Of a DNA stretch of 64,000 nucleotides, positions 7,564 through 16,260 are shown one piece after another; within the stretch, counting starts at the first letter, position 1; each line of letters begins with the position of its first letter. The notes beneath the pieces were generated by a model. That model did not search any database, was not told the DNA's origin, and worked only from the letters and a program-made list of their open reading frames with translations. The DNA lies in IMG/VR virus record IMGVR_UViG_3300042467_002820. The stretch is one strand, 5' to 3'. The DNA is from an uncultured virus (IMG/VR IMGVR_UViG_3300042467_002820) (taxonomy: Duplodnaviria > Heunggongvirae > Uroviricota > Caudoviricetes). Position numbers and translations under genes: made by a program.

Positions 7564-10326
7564 TCAGCGGTTGCCGGAAGAGCCACCCCACCCGGTGTCG
7601 TCCCAGTCTCCGTAGTCCTGCGTAGAGAGGGGGGTCCCATATATCTCCGAGAGCGTGTCCGTAAATGCAGGCGCGTCCTCGGGAATCTCTGTGCTGGAGT
7701 GGGTTTCGGCCGCCGCATTTACGGACAACCCCCCTTGTGTGTCCGTTTTGTCCGTAAATGTTGGAGGCTCTTCAGTGGGTTTTTCCACAACGCTTTCCAC
7801 AGGCAGCCGGGTCTCGTCTGTCTCACCTGAGACTGTCCCGATTACGCCCTCGGCATTTACGGACAAACCGCCCTCCTCGGCATTTACGGACAACGCGTGT
7901 CCGTAATTCAAATCCCTTGCAGCGGAAGGCCCCTGAAAGAATTCTGGGCATTTACGGACATCCTGTGCCTGGTATATGGGGGTTTTAAGGCTGAAGGCTG
8001 TCCAAGGATGTCCCTTCTTGCCCTCCGGCTGTCTCACCACCGACTCCTCCACGAGACCGGCAACAACCCACCGCTGCACCCACCGCTTCACCGTCTTCTC
8101 ACTCACACACGTCCCCGGCCCCCTGCGCCCCGCCAGCCGCGCATTCAGCGCATAACGCAGCTCCTTGGCCGTCATCGGCACCTCAGCCTCCTTGAGTAGC
8201 CCGAGAACGATCGTCCGCGGTTGCTCATCCCCGTTGCCTCCGTTCTCCCGGGTCACGGTCGGCGTCAGGTCCTCGATGCTCAGCGCCTCCTCGATGTCCT
8301 CCCGCACCAGGAAGCGGTCACCACCTCGCATGCCCCGGCTCTTGTCGATCTCGAGGATGAGCGCATGGTCGCCGTACTGCGCCCGATCCTCATCCGTCAG
8401 ATCCTTGAGCTCCCAGGTCTCGTGCACCGCATTCCGCAACGTGTCCGTCCCTCGGAACTTCGTGCCGTCCTTCGTGTTGTGGTGGATCCACAGGAACGTC
8501 GTCGCCGGAAACGCCGTGCCGTTCTCCCGCGCCAAGCGGTACAGCGTGTTGGCGTACTCCTTCTCGTACTCCTTGGCGGCGATCATCATGCTCACCGAGG
8601 TCAGCGAGTCGACCACCACCAGCACCGGCTTGATCTCCTCCAGCCACCGCACCAGCACCCGGTACTGGCTCTGCTGCCACTGCGGCTTGAAGTGCATCCA
8701 GCGATCAGCCCCGCTGGAATCGATCCCCTGCTGATCGAAGTACTCCGCATAGTCCGTCATCGACATGTCGTTGCCGATGAACAGCACATTCCCCGAGACT
8801 GTCGGCTCCACCGTCAGCCCCCGCACTTTCATCGGGCGCTTCTGCCCCACAATCTTGGAGATCAGCACGGCCAGTCGCGTCTTACCCATGCCTCCGCGGG
8901 CATGCAGCATCACCGAGGACGGCTTCGACAGAAAGTCCGGGATCAGATAGTCCCGGTCACCCCGCACCTTCTCCTGCCACTGCGGATCCGTTACCACCTG
9001 CTCCTGGTGCAGCAGAAACCGCTCGAGCGCGGACTCCACCTGCGGCCCCGACTTGTAGACGTGGGTCAACCCCGAGTCGCGCACCAGCTCCATCAGCTGG
9101 TAGTGCGCCAGCTCCGCGTTGTCGTACCCATTGATGATCCGCTCCGCTGTCGTGAAGAACTCTTCCCCTGTCAGCCGCTTCAGCGGTGCATCCTTGATGG
9201 TGACCTCCGTCGCCGTCGCACACGCCGGATAGTCGTACCCGAGCTCGCCGGCCAGCTCTGCCACATAGGCCTCGAGATCGGGCCCGTTTGGCCGCCCGGC
9301 GTGCATGTCCTTGGTGCGGATCTTGTGCACAAAATCGAGGACGTCACCCCCCACCCCGCACGCCTTGCAGTCCCAGCACCCGGTCTCTTCGGCGTACTGG
9401 AACGTTGTGCCACTGCGGCCTCCATGCCATGGGCAACCGCTCATCCGCTGCGGCCTCTCCCCGCTGCGGCTCTTCCACCCGTACTTGTCGAACACCTCGT
9501 GGCGGAACACCAACTGCTCCAACCGAGGTCGCAGCAACGCCTGCACCTCCTCCTTGAAGAACCACCCGCGGATCTGCCGCGGCGGCACAGCCGTCAGCCC
9601 CCCGAGGTCGCTCATGACCTCCTTCTGCTCCGCCTCAGACAGCCACTGCACCGGCTTCCGATACGGCCGCAGCACATCCAGCACCCACTGCGGTGTCGTC
9701 GCTACCTGGCCCTCGTTGTAGTTGAGGAACCGATAGGGCTGCTTGGTATCCGGGTGTGGTGACCCCGGCACAACGCTCTGGCATGCGTTGAACCGCAGCA
9801 CCACTTCTTCGTAGGCCGCCCCGCTGATCGCATCCACGTCACCACCGGCACCACGGTTGGTATCCCCATGCCCCAGATGCCATCCACCGTCATCGGTGCG
9901 CAGAATCAGCGTCTTGACATGCTCGAGCTCGGTCACCAGCCGCTTCGGAACCTGGTAGAGGATCTGCCGACGCCCCGGCTTACCCGATGTCCACGACATC
10001 GTCCGCTCCTCGCCATAAGGCTCGTACTCAGCGCCCGCTACCTCGCAATAGCGCGCATCTGCTTCAGGCCCATCGATGTCCAAAGCAATCAGTCCCCCCG
10101 AGAACGATCCCGTAACAACGCCTAGGCCGACGTAGTCCTGCCTGAGCTGGTAGGCCGTCATGCACTCAATCCGCGTCAGCGGTTTGGTGCTCCATTCTTT
10201 GACGAAAGTGGCCTTGCCAGCTACGGGCACAAAAGCCCAGCCATCAGGAAATACGTCTCGCCGTAGCAACTCAATGGCGCGACCTTGTAGCAAGTCCGCA
10301 CCGTTGCTTTTGTTCTCTTTGTCCAT
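7564..10326 (-). CDS. Primase-polymerase / Zn finger / AAA helicase fusion
   Basis: Prim-pol motifs (GLGVVTG, ALDIDG, VVPGSPHP), CPWH...CKAC Zn finger, Walker A ARGGMGKT, Walker B VVVDS, IHH; probable start MDKENK at 10326. Confidence 0.9.
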   Translation of the reverse strand: MDKENKSNGADLLQGRAIELLRRDVFPDGWAFVPVAGKATFVKEWSTKPLTRIECMTAYQLRQDYVGLGVVTGSFSGGLIALDIDGPEADARYCEVAGAEYEPYGEERTMSWTSGKPGRRQILYQVPKRLVTELEHVKTLILRTDDGGWHLGHGDTNRGAGGDVDAISGAAYEEVVLRFNACQSVVPGSPHPDTKQPYRFLNYNEGQVATTPQWVLDVLRPYRKPVQWLSEAEQKEVMSDLGGLTAVPPRQIRGWFFKEEVQALLRPRLEQLVFRHEVFDKYGWKSRSGERPQRMSGCPWHGGRSGTTFQYAEETGCWDCKACGVGGDVLDFVHKIRTKDMHAGRPNGPDLEAYVAELAGELGYDYPACATATEVTIKDAPLKRLTGEEFFTTAERIINGYDNAELAHYQLMELVRDSGLTHVYKSGPQVESALERFLLHQEQVVTDPQWQEKVRGDRDYLIPDFLSKPSSVMLHARGGMGKTRLAVLISKIVGQKRPMKVRGLTVEPTVSGNVLFIGNDMSMTDYAEYFDQQGIDSSGADRWMHFKPQWQQSQYRVLVRWLEEIKPVLVVVDSLTSVSMMIAAKEYEKEYANTLYRLARENGTAFPATTFLWIHHNTKDGTKFRGTDTLRNAVHETWELKDLTDEDRAQYGDHALILEIDKSRGMRGGDRFLVREDIEEALSIEDLTPTVTRENGGNGDEQPRTIVLGLLKEAEVPMTAKELRYALNARLAGRRGPGTCVSEKTVKRWVQRWVVAGLVEESVVRQPEGKKGHPWTAFSLKTPIYQAQDVRKCPEFFQGPSAARDLNYGHALSVNAEEGGLSVNAEGVIGTVSGETDETRLPVESVVEKPTEEPPTFTDKTDTQGGLSVNAAAETHSSTEIPEDAPAFTDTLSEIYGTPLSTQDYGDWDDTGWGGSSGNR
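7656..7960. repeat. Iteron-like GCATTTACGGACA repeats, candidate replication origin
   Basis: Copies at 7715, 7853, 7880, 7948 (+) and 7656, 7749 (reverse), partial copies at 7740 and 7898. Confidence 0.8.
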
Positions 10327-10356
10327 TACGATCTGTGGAAGCAAGTGAAGGCCAAG

Positions 10357-10384
10357 ACCCCCTGCCACCCGCAGGGGGTTTTTT
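10357..10384 (+). terminator. Intrinsic terminator-like hairpin
   Basis: ACCCCCTGC-CACCC-GCAGGGGGT followed by T-run. Confidence 0.55.
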
Positions 10385-10484
10385 CTTGGCCGTGGTTCAC
10401 CGTAACCACCCCCAGCAGGGGGCACAACCCGCCTGCATGAGTCTCAATAGACTCATCGATTTCTGCATAAGCGTCCGGGTAGCG

Positions 10485-10513
10485 TTGACAAGGTCATGTC
10501 AATCCACTAGGAT
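10485..10513 (+). promoter_or_regulatory. Sigma70-type promoter for the SSB-sigma operon, with overlapping palindrome
   Basis: TTGACA-17 bp-TAGGAT; TTGACA-AGGTCA-TGTCAA dyad; upstream palindrome ATGAGTCT-CAAT-AGACTCAT at 10437-10456. Confidence 0.7.
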
Positions 10514-10579
10514 CTGCACAAGAGGGCGGTAACCCCCGCACCTCTGGCACATCACCCACTATTCGAGGGATTTCGCCAC

Positions 10580-11113
10580 ATGTCAGCATTCCTATCACCC
10601 GACGCCATCGAGGAGATCTCCAAGGAGTCGTCCGGTTCCGGCCGCTACCTGAACCCCTCCAAGATCACCGAAGAAGTCCGAGTGCGTTTCTTCGGCTCTG
10701 GTATCACCGGCTTCGAGGCTTGGACCAACGACAACAAGCCCATCCGCTGGGAAACCAAGCCCGAGGAGCTGCCCGCCAACATCCGCCAGCAGGAGGGCTA
10801 CCAGACCGTTAAGCGTTTCATCGCTGGTCTTGTCTATGACTACTCCGCTGATGACTTCAAGATTCTGCAGATCACTCAGAAGACTCTGATGGATCAGCTT
10901 TTTAAGTTCATCTCCGACGAAGACTACGGCGACCCTACCGCCTACGACGTTAAGATCGGAAAAACTGGCGAAGGTAAAAAGACCGAGTACACCCTAGTCG
11001 CCGCACCTCCTAAAGCGATCAAAGCTGACATTCAAAAGCGCTTTGACGAACTCAAGTGTGATCTGAACCGTCTATTCGACGGCGAAGATCCGTTTGCTGA
11101 AGCTTCCGCTTAA
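10580..11113 (+). CDS. Single-stranded DNA-binding protein (phage type)
   Basis: Position in replication module; GDPTAYDVKIGKTGEGKKTEY, acidic/aromatic C-terminus (DPF). Confidence 0.65.
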   Translation: MSAFLSPDAIEEISKESSGSGRYLNPSKITEEVRVRFFGSGITGFEAWTNDNKPIRWETKPEELPANIRQQEGYQTVKRFIAGLVYDYSADDFKILQITQKTLMDQLFKFISDEDYGDPTAYDVKIGKTGEGKKTEYTLVAAPPKAIKADIQKRFDELKCDLNRLFDGEDPFAEASA

Positions 11114-11124
11114 TCCTATCCAAC

Positions 11125-11152
11125 GGGGGAGCTCAAAGCTCCCCCTTTCCTT
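11125..11152 (+). terminator. Intrinsic terminator
   Basis: GGGGGAGCT-CAA-AGCTCCCCC-TTTCCTTT. Confidence 0.6.
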
Positions 11153-11161
11153 TACACCTCG

Positions 11162-11395
11162 ATGGATACCACAAAGCTGCTGGGTCGCAACATCCGCTTC
11201 CACCTATTCCGCACAGAACTCACACTGCGCGATGTTGCCGAGTCCGCTGGAATCTCTCCATATTCCCTGGGTCGCATAGCCAGCGGCAAAACCAAGCTAA
11301 TCGACCCGAACATTCTCACTGATCTCATGCGCGTCTTCAAATGCGACGCCAACGCCCTCCTGCTCCCCCTCGAGGGCGTCCCCTATGACAACTGA
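11162..11395 (+). CDS. XRE-family HTH regulator
   Basis: LTLRDVAESAGISPYSLGRIASG. Confidence 0.8.
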   Translation: MDTTKLLGRNIRFHLFRTELTLRDVAESAGISPYSLGRIASGKTKLIDPNILTDLMRVFKCDANALLLPLEGVPYDN

Positions 11396-12065
11396 CGCCA
11401 TCCGCGGTCTCCCCAAGTACGAACCGGTCCGCTCCCACGAGAACGGCGAACGCAGCTACTCCACACCCCTCGGTCCCTGCAGCTCTGTCACCACCATCCT
11501 GAGCAGCACCCGCGACAGCACCGGCCTGCAGGCCTGGCGCGAGTCCGTAGGCGAAGCCCGCGCTGACTTCATCTGCAACCTGGCCAGCTTCCGCGGCACC
11601 CGCCATCACGACGCTGTCGAGCGCTATCTGCTCGACGGCACCGAGCCTGGTTTTGACTTCCTCAACACCCCCTACTGGAACAGCTCACGAGCCTTCCTTG
11701 ATCGAGTGCGTAAACCTCTCGTAATGGAAGGTGCCATTTACCACCCGCTTCGCTACGCAGGGACATTCGATTGCATTGCCTACTTAGACGACGACGGCGA
11801 GCAACCTTCTCTACTTGATTGGAAAACCGCGGACAAAATCCGCAACCCAGCCAAGATGTACGAGTACTCCTTGCAGGTAGCTGCTTACACAGCCGCTGCC
11901 AACTATGTCTACAAACCACAAGGCCTCAACATCACTCGCGCCCTGATCGTTGTAGCTATCCCCGACGAACCCCCTCAAATCGAAGAACTCTCCCCTCGTC
12001 AACTCACCCAATACATACAGCACTTTGAAGCTCGCATCAAACGCTTTACCCGAGCCCGCGCATGA
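11385..12065 (+). CDS. PD-(D/E)xK exonuclease
   Basis: SVTTIL, RGT..H, YAGTFD, LLDWKT, Y.LQVAAY. Confidence 0.85.
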   Translation: MTTDAIRGLPKYEPVRSHENGERSYSTPLGPCSSVTTILSSTRDSTGLQAWRESVGEARADFICNLASFRGTRHHDAVERYLLDGTEPGFDFLNTPYWNSSRAFLDRVRKPLVMEGAIYHPLRYAGTFDCIAYLDDDGEQPSLLDWKTADKIRNPAKMYEYSLQVAAYTAAANYVYKPQGLNITRALIVVAIPDEPPQIEELSPRQLTQYIQHFEARIKRFTRARA

Positions 12066-12451
12066 CTGAAACAACCCCAATTCATGCGCTTGTCTCCAAC
12101 GTGATTGGTGGCGCACTGCTTGTACAGCATGCCCAAGCTCGCGGTATCGATACCACCTGCCTGGAAGATACCAATAGCCCCGACACCTTAGAGCTGTACC
12201 GCGACCTCACTACAACCACAGGTTTGAACTTTGAGCTCACAGCTTCCCACGTTCTGACATCGCTCTGCGCTCTCCTAGCCAACGACGAGGTAAGCGACTA
12301 CAACGTCAAGAATCTCGCTCGCATGCTCTGGGAAGTACTCGGAGACCCCACGCAAAACGGCAGCGAGCCACCCCCGCTCTACACCGAGGCCGGCAAAGCC
12401 GTGTATGCCTGGGTTCTCGTTCTCCTCTACCCCCTCTACCTCAAGCACTGA
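12062..12451 (+). CDS. Hypothetical protein
   Basis: Translationally coupled ORF in operon. Confidence 0.6.
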   Translation: MTETTPIHALVSNVIGGALLVQHAQARGIDTTCLEDTNSPDTLELYRDLTTTTGLNFELTASHVLTSLCALLANDEVSDYNVKNLARMLWEVLGDPTQNGSEPPPLYTEAGKAVYAWVLVLLYPLYLKH

Positions 12452-12453
12452 TC

Positions 12454-13065
12454 ATGCTCATCGGCATCTACTCCCCCGCCGCCGGCAGCGGCAAATCAGC
12501 CATCGCTGATCACCTCGTCACCCACCACGACTACACCCACCTCAGCTTCGCCGAGCCCTTGAAATCCATGATCAGCACCCTGCTGCTGGACTTCGGCTAC
12601 AGCGCCCAGGACGCCCACCACATGACACACGTCGCCAAGACTGCGCCCCTCCCCGAGATCGACGAACACGTCGACGCCCGCCACCTGCTCCGCACCCTCG
12701 GCACCGAGTGGGGCCGCGACTGCGTCCACCCCGAGATCTGGCTCCGCTGCTGGACCTCCCGCTACATGCGCCTCCACCTCCAGGGGATCACCCGCGTCGT
12801 CGTCGACGACATGCGCTTCCCTAACGAGGCCGCCCACCTCGATCGCTTCGGCGCCCAGCTCTGGAAGGTCACTCGCCCCGGTGTCAAGCGCAACACCCGC
12901 CACGCCTCCGAGGGCAGCCTCGATCACCTCCGCGCCCTCGCTGACCCCGAGAACGATTACTCCATAGGCTTCACGCACATTATTGATAACAATAAATCGC
13001 TGGAAGCCTTATACGCTGATATCGACGACATTGTAGCTTTTAATGAGTACACGGTATCTGTATGA
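12454..13065 (+). CDS. Deoxynucleoside monophosphate kinase
   Basis: P-loop AGSGKS, SFAEPLK, R.LL..LGTEWGR, DDMRFPNE. Confidence 0.9.
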   Translation: MLIGIYSPAAGSGKSAIADHLVTHHDYTHLSFAEPLKSMISTLLLDFGYSAQDAHHMTHVAKTAPLPEIDEHVDARHLLRTLGTEWGRDCVHPEIWLRCWTSRYMRLHLQGITRVVVDDMRFPNEAAHLDRFGAQLWKVTRPGVKRNTRHASEGSLDHLRALADPENDYSIGFTHIIDNNKSLEALYADIDDIVAFNEYTVSV

Positions 13066-13247
13066 CCACTCTAACTGTCCTTGAACTGCGTCAGCAGATC
13101 GAACATCTAGAAAAGCACATCACAGCCACCCTTAATGACTTCAGCGAGATTACCGGAACAACCGTTGACGACTTAATCATTACTCCTGTTTCTCGCTTCG
13201 GTTCTTCCTCTACCGCATACTACGTTCAGCTAAAAATCACCGTCTAG
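13062..13247 (+). CDS. Hypothetical protein
   Basis: Coupled ORF. Confidence 0.5.
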   Translation: MTTLTVLELRQQIEHLEKHITATLNDFSEITGTTVDDLIITPVSRFGSSSTAYYVQLKITV

Positions 13248-13450
13248 TGGACTCTCATCTCGCCACTGTGCTGCCCCAGTACATACGCCTCACCTCCAGC
13301 GCATCTGCTGAAACAATCCGCCGTAACCCAGTCACTGGTCCCTACAGCGAGCTGTACTTCAGACTTGCGAAGCAGCACGGCCTCGCTCACGCCCGAGCCT
13401 GGCTCCTCGGCTCCCTGGTCCGAGACCTCCACAGCTCACCCGCCGCTTGA
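13247..13450 (+). CDS. Hypothetical protein
   Basis: Coupled ORF. Confidence 0.5.
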   Translation: MDSHLATVLPQYIRLTSSASAETIRRNPVTGPYSELYFRLAKQHGLAHARAWLLGSLVRDLHSSPAA

Positions 13451-13466
13451 GCCTGCCGCCTGAGCC

Positions 13467-14357
13467 ATGTCGGATCTCATCTCCAAGTACCTCAGCGACA
13501 TCGCCCGGCACCCGATCCTCTCCCGCGAAGCGCAGCTCCGCCACGCCTACCGCATCCGCGCCTGGGTCGACTACACACCACCCGGTGCCTCCGAGCCCGA
13601 TCGCACCGCCGCTCCCGCTCACGTTGCCCGGCTCGGCAAGCGCTCCCTGGACATCATGGTGCGCACCAATCTGCGGCTCGTTGTCCACCTCGCCAAGCGC
13701 TACCAGAACCGTGGCCTCGAGCTGAGCGACCTCATTCAGGAGGGCAGCCTCGGCCTCATCCGCGGTATCGAGCTCTTCGACCCTACCCGCGGCTACGCCT
13801 TTAGCACTTACAGCTACTGGTGGATTCGTCAGTCGATATCACGCGCGCTCTACAATTCATCCCGCACGATACGGCTACCAATTAACGTACAGGATTTAGC
13901 TACAAAAATACGCCGCACAATGCACACATTAACTGCAGCTTATGGCAGACCTCCCACCCTCGAGGAGCTGAGCACTGAGCTCGACCTCCCCTGTGAGCGC
14001 ATAACCGAGACTTTAGTCAGCTGCACCATCACCGATTGCACGTCTATCGATTCCCTTTGCCAGCTATCGGATACATCCATCCTCGAGGTACTCACTACTG
14101 ACAACCCCACCATCAATGAATCCCCGGACCTAGCGGTTCTATCCACCGAGCGCGAAGAGCTGCTCTACCGAGCACTCGGCACGCTCGATCCAACACAGCA
14201 TCTGATCGTGCAATCACTGTACTTTGAGAAGCGCAGCTTGCATCAGCTATCGGAAGAGCTGAACATATCGCGATATCGCATCTCCGCCATGTACAAAAAA
14301 GCCCTACACAAGCTACGTGTAGAGCTCTCCTACACTTGGGAAGCTTTCGATGCGTAG
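13467..14357 (+). CDS. Sigma70-family (RpoD-like) RNA polymerase sigma factor
   Basis: NLRLVVHLAKRY, DLIQEG..GL...E.FDPTRGY.FSTY.YWWIRQ, region 4 HTH. Confidence 0.92.
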   Translation: MSDLISKYLSDIARHPILSREAQLRHAYRIRAWVDYTPPGASEPDRTAAPAHVARLGKRSLDIMVRTNLRLVVHLAKRYQNRGLELSDLIQEGSLGLIRGIELFDPTRGYAFSTYSYWWIRQSISRALYNSSRTIRLPINVQDLATKIRRTMHTLTAAYGRPPTLEELSTELDLPCERITETLVSCTITDCTSIDSLCQLSDTSILEVLTTDNPTINESPDLAVLSTEREELLYRALGTLDPTQHLIVQSLYFEKRSLHQLSEELNISRYRISAMYKKALHKLRVELSYTWEAFDA

Positions 14358-14999
14358 CTACCAAACAGCTATTTGGTCTACTTCTACTCCTTCTAGCGCA
14401 AACGCGTATTTTCCTGTGTACTTGCACCTATGCATACGCTGATAAATGCTAGAGTAATTTAGCTTTAACTTCTCACATAAACTTTTTGCATTATACAGGA
14501 CGCCTTCGTATCGGTACATAGTCTTAGTAACGTTACCTATAACTACTTCTTTTTCTTTTAGCTTTTTTGTCATTTCGTTTTTTAACCACGTAGGCGACGT
14601 AGGTTCGCGATCTTTCTTCGTTTTAGGCACACCTTTTTCATCGTGTCCATTGTCATCTTGCCATCCGAGTATTAAAGCATCTGTGTCTGTGTGCCTTACA
14701 ACCATGTGGCCCGGGTCTTGACCGTACTTTAAGTAGTACACAATTCGATGAGCATAGAACAGACCATGACCACGCACAGACACAAGCCATTTTGCTCCAG
14801 ATTTACTACCTGCGGGTTTGCCAACTTTTGCCCTGCTATTTTTACTAACTACTTTCCACACGAGACCGGAAGGTGAGTCGCCGCACACTGCAAACAGCTC
14901 TTTGACCACGGGAGGGATGGGCCTTGGGCTGCCTTTCTCGTTGAACGCGTAAGCAACGTCGGTCAGCGGTAAGCACAGCTGGTACGTCTGGTTGGGCAT
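14358..14999 (-). CDS. HNH-like endonuclease (possibly degenerate)
   Basis: SGLVWK...GKPAG...YAHRIVYYL..G.DP...VVRH; AT-rich; canonical HNH core shortened. Confidence 0.55.
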   Translation of the reverse strand: MPNQTYQLCLPLTDVAYAFNEKGSPRPIPPVVKELFAVCGDSPSGLVWKVVSKNSRAKVGKPAGSKSGAKWLVSVRGHGLFYAHRIVYYLKYGQDPGHMVVRHTDTDALILGWQDDNGHDEKGVPKTKKDREPTSPTWLKNEMTKKLKEKEVVIGNVTKTMYRYEGVLYNAKSLCEKLKLNYSSIYQRMHRCKYTGKYAFALEGVEVDQIAVW

Positions 15000-15088
15000 G
15001 GCAGGAGCTCAGAACCCCTTGATTATACCCCATACAAAATTTATTCATATACATTTTTTCTAGGCCAGGCCGAGATGTCTGCACCCTT

Positions 15089-15180
15089 ACCCCAGTCTCA
15101 CTGCGACGCAAGGCTGGACTCAACTTGCGACATCGTGAGACTCAAGCCCCTCAGGTGCGACGCATGAGACTCACTGGGGT
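15089..15180. repeat. Operator-like repeat cluster
   Basis: TGAGACTCA at 15136 and 15165, AGTCTCA at 15094, TGCGAC at 15102/15126/15156, flanked by ACCCCAGT/ACTGGGGT. Confidence 0.6.
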
Positions 15181-15183
15181 GGC

Positions 15184-15212
15184 TTGACAGCCGCTCGGCC
15201 CTGTGCCAGACT
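15184..15212 (+). promoter_or_regulatory. Early promoter P1
   Basis: TTGACA-17-CAGACT with extended TG. Confidence 0.75.
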
Positions 15213-15276
15213 GAGCTCACGCGCGCACATCATGCGCGTTTTCGTCTTCCTTGGCAAGCCCGCTACGGCGGGTTGC

Positions 15277-15305
15277 TTGACAGGATCCCGAACCTGTGCC
15301 ATCCT
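15277..15305 (+). promoter_or_regulatory. Early promoter P2
   Basis: TTGACA-17-CATCCT with extended TG. Confidence 0.75.
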
Positions 15306-15395
15306 TCATGGCATCGGAGCACAGCCGCCCCGCGGAGCCTAGGCCACAGGCCAGCTCCCCGCGGCTGCGCGCCGATACCGGCTCCGGCCGGTTGC

Positions 15396-15425
15396 TTGAC
15401 AGATCGGCACCGGGTGTGCCACACT
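15396..15425 (+). promoter_or_regulatory. Early promoter P3
   Basis: TTGACA-18-CACACT with extended TG. Confidence 0.75.
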
Positions 15426-15431
15426 TCTCTC

Positions 15432-15950
15432 AGTTCGAAACCACCGATGCGTTAAACGCAGTGCGCAGCCGATAAAGCGCGGCCGGCCGGGCGGATCCCG
15501 GAGCTATAGCAGCAGTGCGCCCAAACTGACTGGGCGCTAGCTCTTGCACCTCACGGACGGCCTGCTCGGATCACACCGAGCACGAGGACCGTCGCCGAGA
15601 TACCCGAACGCCAGAACGATGGGCGATAGAGGGTGAGGCGACCAGTACCCGATGGCTGGGGGCAAGTAGGCGAACGCGGAACCTCCTGCAGGAGGGCGCA
15701 CTGCATGTGTCTTTACCGATCCCGCTGCTGCAGGGGGATCAACGCTGCCCCCGACAGGGGTCCCAGCGGGTGCGCCGGCCCCTTAACGCCCGGTCTGCAG
15801 ATACGCCCATAGGGTAGCCCGCCGCTCCGGCTTCACTAGGACGGCCAAGCCCTGGCAAACGGCTCTGCCAGGCACAAACCATCTCCCCCAGAAGTTCCCC
15901 CTGGCGCACTGCGTCCGGGGGTCTTTTGGCTGAGGTGCTTTGCACCTCGC
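15432..15950 (+). ncRNA. Putative large structured RNA / leader
   Basis: No credible ORF; more than 10 helices including perfect 11-bp long-range pairs 15456-15466/15904-15914 and 15512-15522/15694-15704. Confidence 0.55.
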
Positions 15951-15970
15951 ATCCACAAGCTGTGACCAGC

Positions 15971-16189
15971 ATGCGTTTCAATTCCCGCCGGGCCAACTGC
16001 CCCGGCTACCTGGAGTTCATCTGGGTGGAAAAGTCCCTCCCCGAGGGCGTCAACCCCCAGGCCATCGCCCTCATCACCGATACCAACGACGGCCGCTTCC
16101 ACGGCATGTACGGCCTGCACACCGTGGCCGGCTCCACCGTGGCCGCCGTCAAGGCGGAACTGTTCGCCCTCATCGAGGCCGGCCAATGA
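15971..16189 (+). CDS. Early hypothetical protein
   Basis: ATG within 20-bp repeat; phage-typical C-ending codons. Confidence 0.6.
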   Translation: MRFNSRRANCPGYLEFIWVEKSLPEGVNPQAIALITDTNDGRFHGMYGLHTVAGSTVAAVKAELFALIEAGQ

Positions 16190-16260
16190 TCACCGAGCAC
16201 GCCACCTTCCACATTGAAGAAGTGTGCCCCGAGGACGCTTTCAACGCTTTCTGACCCGCC

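Noticed and set aside
8221..9762. Long ORFs antisense or off-frame to real genes (e.g. 8221-9762, 3720-4676, 19743-20723, 40155-41651, 41461-42465, 16590-17609, 49287-50537)
   Set aside because: Shadow ORFs caused by GC-rich biased codon usage; low-complexity translations overlapping well-supported genes
11385..12065. Cas4 / CRISPR adaptation gene
   Set aside because: PD-(D/E)xK nuclease without the Fe-S cysteines, in an ordinary replication operon
5365..13065. Modified-base (e.g. 2-aminoadenine or deazaguanine) genome pathway
   Set aside because: No PurZ, DatZ, MazZ, queuosine-pathway or glycosyltransferase-like ORF recognised; only thyX, dcd and dNMP kinase
15430..15446. tRNA or tmRNA (GTTCGAA T-loop-like)
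   Set aside because: No flanking T-stem, acceptor stem or cloverleaf could be built
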